This document shows, piece after piece, positions 10,418 through 17,106 of a DNA stretch of 64,000 bases. The position numbers and the translations under genes are program-made. Source of the stretch: Acidimicrobiia bacterium. GTDB taxonomy: Bacteria > Actinomycetota > Acidimicrobiia > Spongiisociales > CAZKJJ01. The stretch spans positions 125 through 64,124 of the forward strand of contig JBHICV010000001.1 in NCBI GenBank assembly GCA_046759765.1. Reading direction: 5' to 3'. The notes beneath the pieces are model-generated. The model was not told the DNA's origin. It saw nothing but the letters and a program-made list of their open reading frames with translations, and searched no databases. Positions within the stretch are counted from its first letter, which is position 1. Each line of letters starts with the position of its first letter.

Positions 10418-11219
10418 GGGCCGTACCGGCGGCTACCGCATGGAACCCTCCGTCAACGTGGATGATTTCGCCCGTCGTTGCCGGGGCCCAGTCCGAAAGC
10501 AGCACACAGACCATTCGCGCCACTGGCTCAGGATCGGAGGCATTCCAGGCCAGCGGAGCCCGTTGAGCCCACACCTCCTCAAAGACATCGAACCCTGGGA
10601 TAGAGCGGGCCGCAACCGTCGCCAGCGGTCCGGCCGATACTGCGTTGACTCGGACGCGGTGCTGCCCGAGGTCTCGGGCGAGGTAGCGCGTAATCGACTC
10701 AAGTGCCGACTTGGCCACCCCCATCCAGTCGTAGGCCGGCCACGCCTGCCGGTTGTCGAAGTCGAGCGTGACCAGAGACCCCGCCCCGGCCGCCTGCATC
10801 AAGGGCAGCAGCCCCACGGCCAGAGTCTTGAAGGAGAACGCCGAAGTGAGGAATGCGGTCTCGGCGCTCGCGGCGGGAGTGTTGAGGAAGTTGCCACCGA
10901 GAGCGTCTTCCGGTGCGAACGCGATCGCATGAACCGCCCCGTCGATCGCACCCCACCTTTGGCCGAGGTTGTCAGCCACTGAGGCCATATGCTCGGCGTC
11001 GTTGATGTCGAGCTCGAGCACCTCGGGTGGATCGGGAAGCCGTTTCGCCACCCGCTCGGTCAGGCGAAGGCCACGCCCGAATCCAGTTAGGACGACCTCG
11101 GCGCCTTGTTTCTGCGCCACCCGAGCTGTGTGCCAGGCGATGGAATCGTCGGTGAGCACCCCGGTGATCAGAAGTCGCTTTCCTTCGAGCAACACGGTGT
11201 CTCCTCGCCGGGGCGCCAT
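10395..11219 (-). CDS. fabI: Enoyl-[acyl-carrier-protein] reductase (NADH), FabI/InhA type
   Basis: LLEGKRLLITGVLTDDSIAWHTARVAQKQGAEVVLTGF closely parallels the InhA N-terminus ([38 protein letters not shown]). SDR fold; start taken at the internal ATG, 274 aa. Confidence 0.8.
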   Translation of the reverse strand: MAPRRGDTVLLEGKRLLITGVLTDDSIAWHTARVAQKQGAEVVLTGFGRGLRLTERVAKRLPDPPEVLELDINDAEHMASVADNLGQRWGAIDGAVHAIAFAPEDALGGNFLNTPAASAETAFLTSAFSFKTLAVGLLPLMQAAGAGSLVTLDFDNRQAWPAYDWMGVAKSALESITRYLARDLGQHRVRVNAVSAGPLATVAARSIPGFDVFEEVWAQRAPLAWNASDPEPVARMVCVLLSDWAPATTGEIIHVDGGFHAVAAGTALSGVESE

Positions 11220-11220
11220 G

Positions 11221-11583
11221 CTAGGTGGGAGTGAACGTCGTGATCGCCCTGATTCCAAGCCCCATTACGAACAACAGGATCAGGCCCCAGGCCAGAGCCG
11301 GCCGACGGGCGAGCTGGGCCCGATATATGTAGGCAAAGCTCAACGTGAACAAGATCACCACGCCGTAGAAGACGTGGAAAGTGCCCGGCTCCAGGCCTTG
11401 ACCCAAAAGCACCAGACCGGCGCCCACTTGAATGAGGATCGCCGCGATCCCCATACCCGCCGCGATCGTGAACACCCGGCCGGGTTGCCTCTTGGCCAGT
11501 GCAAGAACCAGGCCCCAGAGCCCGGCGATGCCACAAAGGCCCACGGCCACCCAGCCCCAAAAGACATGAAAGTCCGCAATCAA
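11221..11583 (-). CDS. Small integral membrane protein (4 predicted TM helices)
   Basis: 120-aa hydrophobic ORF; its stop abuts the fabI start. Confidence 0.45.
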   Translation of the reverse strand: MIADFHVFWGWVAVGLCGIAGLWGLVLALAKRQPGRVFTIAAGMGIAAILIQVGAGLVLLGQGLEPGTFHVFYGVVILFTLSFAYIYRAQLARRPALAWGLILLFVMGLGIRAITTFTPT

Positions 11584-11647
11584 GGAGCTCTCCAGCGGAG
11601 CGGTTGGGGTGGACTCTGCACGCCGGCCGACACAGCCCGAGCGTAAC

Positions 11648-11941
11648 TCAGACGATCTCTGTCAGCTCACCCGTAGTCAGATCGAGGACAAACTCGCGAT
11701 CACTCTTCGAGTCCGCGATCCACCGCGCCAGTGTGGCGCCTTCCTCTCGCACGACCCACCACGCGTAGTCCTCACTTCCACCGGCGAGGTACGCCTCGCG
11801 CGCGACTCTGCCTCGTGCCACAGCATCGAGCTCCACGCTGAATTTGCCGAGGAGCTGCTCCCTGGTTCGCTCACGATCCTCGATGAACTCGACCGCCTCG
11901 AACATCTGTCTCAAGCTACCGCGGCCGACGGGTGGTCCCAA
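11648..11941 (-). CDS. Hypothetical protein
   Basis: 97-aa ORF with coding-like composition; no recognisable motif. Confidence 0.3.
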   Translation of the reverse strand: MGPPVGRGSLRQMFEAVEFIEDRERTREQLLGKFSVELDAVARGRVAREAYLAGGSEDYAWWVVREEGATLARWIADSKSDREFVLDLTTGELTEIV

Positions 11942-11978
11942 GACCCAACCTAAGGTTCCCGACCGGACTAGCCCGGGG

Positions 11979-13592
11979 TTAATCCTCCAGAAGTACGTCG
12001 GCGAACTGATCGCGTACGACTTTCTTGTCGAACTTCCCAGTGCCGGTCTTGGGGATCTCGTCGGTGAACTCGATACGATCCGGCAACCACCACTTGGCGA
12101 CCAATCCTCCTAGGTGTTCGCTCAGATCGGCCTCTGTGACTTCAGCTCCCGCCCGCGGTACCACCACAGCCAGTGGTCGCTCTTGCCACTTGACGTGCTT
12201 GACAGCGATCACCGCCGCCTCAGCGACGTCAGGATGGGCCATGAGCGCGTTCTCGAGATCGAGCGAAGAGATCCACTCCCCTCCCGACTTGATGACGTCC
12301 TTAGCCCGATCGGTGATACGAATGTATCCCTCAGGTGTGATCTTGCATACGTCGCCGGTCCGCAGCCAGCCGTCAACGAACGAGTCCGGGCTGCGAGGGT
12401 CACGCAGATACTCGGCCGCGATCCAGGGGCCCCTGATCAGCAGCTCCCCAAAGGCCTCACCATCCTGAGGCAACTCATTGCCCTCTTCATCGACGATCTT
12501 CACTTGCAGGCCCATGATCGGCAGACCTGCCGTCTCGAGGAAGTCCAGCCTGCGCTCGAAGTCCCATTCGGCTGCCTCCGGCTTGAGCTTCGCCACCGAG
12601 GCGATTGGGTTCGTCTCGGTCATCCCCCAGCCCTGAATCACTTCAAGCTCTCGGTTGCGCCAGAACCAGTCGATCATCGCCCGTGGCACCGCCGAGCCCC
12701 CACACAGGAACGCACGGATGGACGAGGTATCTGCCTCCGGGTGCTCGATCAGGTACTGCTGGATTCCGAGCCAAACAGTCGGCACTCCGGCCGAGAAAGT
12801 CACCCTCTCGGTTTCGAATAGCCGCAGCAGTCCTTCGGGCGACAGGTCTGGCCCGGGATACGTGAACTTCGCCCCCGCGGCGGTGCCCATGTACGGATAG
12901 CCCCACGCCGCGGCGTGGAACATCGGTACTACCGGCAGGATGTTGTCGTCCGCCGAGATGGCGATGTTGGCGAGGTTGGAGATGGTGTGTATGTACGTCG
13001 ACCGCTGGGTATAAGCGACCCCCTTGGGGTTGCCCGTGGTCCCGGACGTGTAGCAGTACATCATCGGTGAGCGCTCGTCGAGGGGCGGCCAGGTTGCCTG
13101 GGGCTCAACCCCGTCGATGAGGTCTTCATAGGCGATGGCGTTGGGAAGATCGACCTCCGCGCTCTCACCCATGACGACATAGGCCTCGACGTCGGGGAGG
13201 TCGGGAGCGATGCGGGAGACGAGCGGCACCAAATCTGGGTCGACGAAGATCACGCGGTCTTCGGCGTGGTTGGCGATGTAGGTCAGCTGGTCCGGAAAGA
13301 GCCGTATGTTGAGTGTGTGGCAGACGCGGCCCGTGTTGGCAGTGGCCCAGTAGATCTCATGGTGGCGCTGGTTGTTCCAGGCGAACGTTCCGACCACCTG
13401 TCCCTCTTCGATGCCGAGCCGATCCCGGAGAGCGGCCGCCAAACGCCGCACCCGCTCATCCGTGTCGGCGTAGGTCGTCCGCTTGATCGACCGATCCGCT
13501 TCCACGGATACGATCTCCTGGGACGGATATATCCGGACCGCGTTGTCGTAGAGAGTGGACAGCAAGAGCGGAAAATCCATCATGTGCGCCAT
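11979..13592 (-). CDS. fadD: Long-chain fatty-acid--CoA ligase (AMP-dependent synthetase)
   Basis: 537 aa with AMP-binding motifs YTSGTTGNPKGV, GWGMTE and the C-terminal ...IPKTGTGKFDKK. Confidence 0.85.
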   Translation of the reverse strand: MAHMMDFPLLLSTLYDNAVRIYPSQEIVSVEADRSIKRTTYADTDERVRRLAAALRDRLGIEEGQVVGTFAWNNQRHHEIYWATANTGRVCHTLNIRLFPDQLTYIANHAEDRVIFVDPDLVPLVSRIAPDLPDVEAYVVMGESAEVDLPNAIAYEDLIDGVEPQATWPPLDERSPMMYCYTSGTTGNPKGVAYTQRSTYIHTISNLANIAISADDNILPVVPMFHAAAWGYPYMGTAAGAKFTYPGPDLSPEGLLRLFETERVTFSAGVPTVWLGIQQYLIEHPEADTSSIRAFLCGGSAVPRAMIDWFWRNRELEVIQGWGMTETNPIASVAKLKPEAAEWDFERRLDFLETAGLPIMGLQVKIVDEEGNELPQDGEAFGELLIRGPWIAAEYLRDPRSPDSFVDGWLRTGDVCKITPEGYIRITDRAKDVIKSGGEWISSLDLENALMAHPDVAEAAVIAVKHVKWQERPLAVVVPRAGAEVTEADLSEHLGGLVAKWWLPDRIEFTDEIPKTGTGKFDKKVVRDQFADVLLED

Positions 13593-13672
13593 GGGTGCCT
13601 CCTGAGGCGGCTCGGCGCCATCCTACGCACGGTGCGAGTTGTCAGTAATCAGTTCTCAGTGCCTCCCCCTAA

Positions 13673-13696
13673 CCCCCTCCCGCATGCGGGAGGGGG
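13673..13696. promoter_or_regulatory. Perfect 24-bp palindrome CCCCCTCCCGCA|TGCGGGAGGGGG upstream of fadD
   Basis: Exact inverted repeat about 80 nt upstream of the fadD start and downstream, in the minus sense, of the sRNA-like unit 1. No flanking T-tract, so it looks more like an operator or structural element than a terminator. Confidence 0.4.
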
Positions 13697-13787
13697 AATC
13701 GGCGGCGTAGCCGGCGTTCGTAGGGGGAGGTGGCCCGGAGGGCCGGAGGGGGTTAACTGACAGAACTGACGACTGAAACTCCCCCAA

Positions 13788-13929
13788 TGAGAAAACCCCG
13801 AGGGAGCCGAAACCCTCTCGGGGCTTTCCTCTCGATCCAGACTCCACCCCGAAGGGTAGTCTCCGAACCGAAACCCGAATAAGTCTCTCGACTTATTCGA
13901 CGCCACTATGGGGTTGCCCCCGTAGCGGT
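13788..13929 (-). ncRNA. Candidate structured small RNA, copy 1 (own promoter and intrinsic terminator)
   Basis: Minus strand: -35 TTGACG (13964-13959), 17-nt spacer, -10 TATGTT (13941-13936). The 3' end is the GC hairpin CCCCGAGAGGGTTTCGGCTCCCTCGGGG followed by TTTTCTCATT. Internal hairpins include CGAAUAAGUC/GACUUAUUCG and a CCC-UUCG-GGG tetraloop. Confidence 0.4.
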
Positions 13930-14087
13930 GCAGAGAACATAAGTGATCACCCCAAGCCCGTCAAACCAGACACGAGGAAAGTTTTCGCGAGAAAACCGCC
14001 AGTTATCAGTGATCCGTCATCGGTTTTCAGCATTCAGAGAACGCTGGGCGGCTGAAGACTGAGAACTGACATGGGAAACTGCAGGAA

Positions 14088-14230
14088 TGAGAAAACCCCG
14101 AGGGAGCCGAAACCCTCTCGGGGCTTTCCTCTCGATTCAGACTCCAGCCCCGAAGGGTGGTCTCAGAACCGAGACCCGGATAAGTCTCTCAACCTATCCG
14201 ACTCCGCTATGAGGTTGCCCCCTTAGCGGT
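14088..14230 (-). ncRNA. Candidate structured small RNA, copy 2
   Basis: Same promoter (TTGACG 14265-14260, -10 TATGTT 14242-14237) and terminator as copy 1. Stems differ from copy 1 by compensatory changes: CGGAUA/UAUCCG versus CGAAUA/UAUUCG, and CCGCUA/UAGCGG versus CCGCUA/UAGUGG (G-U wobble only in the minus-strand sense). Confidence 0.4.
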
Positions 14231-14367
14231 GGAGAGAACATAAGGCGTCACCGCAGGCCCGTCAAACCAGAAACCAGGAAAGTTTTCGCGGGCAAATAGC
14301 GGTCAGCTGACACCTGAAAGCTCTTTTAAATTGCATCCATGTCATTCGCATCCCGTATGCTCTTGGT

Positions 14368-15162
14368 ATGACGTTGGAGAACCTCTCACCGTCCCGGGCC
14401 GCGGACTTCAAATCATGTCCACAGCTGTTCAGGTTCCGCGCCATCGATCGTCTGCCGGAGCCCCCGACCTCCCATCAAGCGCGGGGAACGACCGCTCACT
14501 TGGCCCTGCAAGAGCTATTTGATCTACCGGCCACAGAGCGGACCCCCCACCGCTTGCACGAGCTTTTTCGCGAGGCCTGGGCCTCTTTGCGCCTCTCAGA
14601 AGAGTTCGCCGGCCTGTTTGATGACGTAGAAGCCGAGCGCGAGTGGGGTCTGGAGAGCCTGGCGCTCCTTTCTAACTACTTCTCGGTGGAAGACCCGGCG
14701 CAAGTCGAGCCCCGAAGCCGTGAGTACGACATGACCGAGGATCTGGATGGCATTGTTATCCGCGGCATTCTCGACCGAATCGACGAGCTGCCGGACGGCA
14801 ACCTCATCATCACCGACTACAAGACGGGCAAGCCGCCCCCGGAGCGCTACGCGTTGTCCTCGTTCTTCGCCTTGAAGATCTACGCCTTGCTCATCCGCAA
14901 GCAGACGGGACGCACCCCCATTGAGCTGCGGCTCCTGTATTTGAACGGTCCGGCCCTTTATCGACTGTCAATCTCCGACGCCCAGCTCGACGGGATGGAG
15001 CGCCAGCTCCGGGCACTATGGCAAGCCATCAACCGGGCGATCGAACGCGATTTCTTCCCCCCGCGGGCGGGGCCTCTGTGCAACTGGTGCTCCTTCCAGG
15101 AGATCTGTCCGGCTTGGACGGAGTTGCCCGTGCCCGCACTCGCCGGTGCTGCTAGCTCCTGA
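14368..15162 (+). CDS. PD-(D/E)XK nuclease family protein (RecB-like/Cas4-like with C-terminal Cys cluster)
   Basis: 264 aa with the ITDYKTGK nuclease motif and C-terminal CNWCSFQEIC cysteines typical of Cas4/AddB-type Fe-S nuclease domains. Confidence 0.7.
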   Translation: MTLENLSPSRAADFKSCPQLFRFRAIDRLPEPPTSHQARGTTAHLALQELFDLPATERTPHRLHELFREAWASLRLSEEFAGLFDDVEAEREWGLESLALLSNYFSVEDPAQVEPRSREYDMTEDLDGIVIRGILDRIDELPDGNLIITDYKTGKPPPERYALSSFFALKIYALLIRKQTGRTPIELRLLYLNGPALYRLSISDAQLDGMERQLRALWQAINRAIERDFFPPRAGPLCNWCSFQEICPAWTELPVPALAGAASS

Positions 15163-16446
15163 TCACGGATAGACGCCGCGGACCAGCTTGGCGGCCGCCA
15201 CCCGCCTGATTCCCTTGATGAGGGCCGCCGTCCGCATATCGGTACGCTCCTGCTTAGAGACCGCGACCACTTCATCAAAGGCCCTCGAGAGGATCTCACG
15301 TAATCGTCCGACGATCTCGTTCTCAGACCAGAAGTAATTCTGCAGGTCTTGGACCCACTCGAAATAGGAGACCGTGACACCGCCGGCATTGGCGAGCACA
15401 TCCGGAACCAGGAAAACTCCTCTATCCCGGAGTATCTCGTCTGCTTCGAGCGTGGTGGGGTTGTTGGCAGCCTCAACAATCAGCTTGGCCTTGATTCGGT
15501 CCGCGTTGGCCTTGGTGATGACCCCTTGAACCGCGGCCGGAATAAGCAGGTCGCAAGGGAGCTCGATCAGCTCCTCGTTGTCGACCTCCTCGGCATCCGG
15601 GTATCCCCGGAGGTAGGTCTGGTGGTCGACCCAGTCTGCAAGAGCCACGACGTCCAACCCCTCGGGGTTGTAGAGGCCGGTGGAGATGTCGGAGACGCCC
15701 ACAACCTTCAGCCCGATCTCGGTAGCTGCAATCGCGGCATATCGGCCCACATTCCCGAACCCGTGAATTACAACACGCATGCCTTCGAGTGGAAGTCCGG
15801 CCTGGCCGGCGGCAGGAGGAACGAGCGTTATCACGCCACGACCTGTAGCCTCGCGCCGAGCAACCGAGCCTCCGAGGGCCGGCGGCTTGCCGGTCACCAC
15901 GGCGGGAACCGAGTGGCCGGCGTGTTGGCTGTATGTGTCCATTATCCAGGCCATGGTCTGTTCGTTGGTGCCCATGTCCGGCGCGGGAATGTCCTTGTTC
16001 GGGCCGATGAACTGGATGATCTCGGCGGTGTATCTACGCGTCACTCTCTGGGCTTCTGCCCGGCTCAGCGAGAGGGGATCGACGCGGACGCCACCTTTGG
16101 CGCCACCAAAAGGGAGCCCGACTATCGCGCATTTCCAGGTCATGAGCATGGCGAGAGCCGCCACTTCTCCGAGGCTCACATCCGGCGCGTACCGGATGCC
16201 GCCTTTCGTCGGCCCCATAGTGAGGACGTGCTGCACGCGATAGCCGTACAGCGTGTCGACGTCTGAGTAGTCGTCGCGACGGAAGGGGAACGTCACGATG
16301 GTCGATCGCTGAGGCCGTCGCAGCCGCTCGGCAACGTTGTCGTCGAGGTTGATCAGCTCAGCTACATGCTCGAACTGCGCCACCGCCTCCCGGTACATGG
16401 GAGATTCCCACTCCCGGTCGACGTCGAGGGTCCTTTCCAAGGCCAT
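15163..16446 (-). CDS. gdhA: NAD(P)-specific glutamate dehydrogenase
   Basis: 427 aa with the Glu/Leu/Phe/Val dehydrogenase active-site region KGGIRYAPDV...GLPFGGAKGGVRVDP and a Rossmann GFGNVG. Confidence 0.9.
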   Translation of the reverse strand: MALERTLDVDREWESPMYREAVAQFEHVAELINLDDNVAERLRRPQRSTIVTFPFRRDDYSDVDTLYGYRVQHVLTMGPTKGGIRYAPDVSLGEVAALAMLMTWKCAIVGLPFGGAKGGVRVDPLSLSRAEAQRVTRRYTAEIIQFIGPNKDIPAPDMGTNEQTMAWIMDTYSQHAGHSVPAVVTGKPPALGGSVARREATGRGVITLVPPAAGQAGLPLEGMRVVIHGFGNVGRYAAIAATEIGLKVVGVSDISTGLYNPEGLDVVALADWVDHQTYLRGYPDAEEVDNEELIELPCDLLIPAAVQGVITKANADRIKAKLIVEAANNPTTLEADEILRDRGVFLVPDVLANAGGVTVSYFEWVQDLQNYFWSENEIVGRLREILSRAFDEVVAVSKQERTDMRTAALIKGIRRVAAAKLVRGVYP

Positions 16447-16468
16447 TCGCGATCATCACAATCTAACT

Positions 16469-16954
16469 GTGCGCACAGGACAACCAGGGGATAGAGATCC
16501 TCCGACCCTATACACGATTGGCCTCGGCGATCGGAGCTTCTCGAAGCTCGAGCGGATGCTCAGCGAACACGCCGTTACGACTGTTGTCGACGTCCGATCC
16601 GAGCCGGAACCGAACGCGGGAGAGACGAGCCTGGCCGAGGAGTGTCGGATAGTCGGCCTCGGATACGTTTGGATGGGCGACCGTCTCGGAAGCCGTCCAC
16701 GCCATCCGTCGCTGCTGGGTACGGACGGTGAGCCCAATTGGCCCGCCGTGGTCGCCGCACCCGCCTTTCGCGCCGGAATAGGAGAGCTGAAGACTCTGGC
16801 CACCCAAGGGCGTGTTGTCGTCCTCTGTACGGAGGAATCGCCCGAGGAGTGTCACCGGTCCCGTATTGCCTCTGAGCTCGAGGCCGAAGGAATCGACGTG
16901 CTACACATCGTCGGTGGGGGTCTACGGAGACACCAACCGTCGTTTGACATCTGA
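16469..16954 (+). CDS. DUF488 family protein
   Basis: LYTIGLGDRSFSKLERMLSEHAVTTVVDVRSEP...YVWMGDRLG matches DUF488 (YTIGHS...F...L....I..VVDVR..P.S). The start is placed at GTG 16469 to avoid overlap with gdhA and remains uncertain. Confidence 0.5.
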   Translation: MRTGQPGDRDPPTLYTIGLGDRSFSKLERMLSEHAVTTVVDVRSEPEPNAGETSLAEECRIVGLGYVWMGDRLGSRPRHPSLLGTDGEPNWPAVVAAPAFRAGIGELKTLATQGRVVVLCTEESPEECHRSRIASELEAEGIDVLHIVGGGLRRHQPSFDI

Positions 16955-17106
16955 GAGTTCTTGTCACAGTCGGGGGGTACGGTGACAACATGAAGCTCGA
17001 AGAAGCTCTCCGTAGGGCCGGGGTGTCGTTCATCGTTGTGTTCGACGGCCCCCCCGAAGACTGTCCACTGGCCGAAGCAGAGCAAACTGATCGGGCCGCC
17101 TGAGAG

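Larger units (their letters stand above)
13786..14293. repeat. Tandem duplication: two about 210-bp conserved units at exact 300-bp period
   Basis: aatgagaaaaccccgagggagccgaaaccctctcggggctttcctctcga... starts at 13786 and again at 14086. The units are about 85% identical over about 210 bp. Confidence 0.85.

Noticed and set aside
13266-13906. Plus-strand ORF 13266..13760 and minus ORFs 13649..13906 and 13656..13847 over the fadD 5' end and repeat region
   Set aside because: They overlap fadD or the structured repeat, lack RBS and domain signals, and are Pro/Gly/Arg-rich as expected for spurious high-GC frames.
13786-14293. Possible CRISPR array or glycine-type tandem riboswitch at the 300-bp repeat
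   Set aside because: Only two copies, units about 210 bp with a 300-bp period (far longer than CRISPR repeats, no short spacer architecture), and no cas genes nearby. Each unit carries its own promoter and terminator on the minus strand rather than forming a contiguous two-aptamer leader, and no glycine-riboswitch consensus was recognisable.
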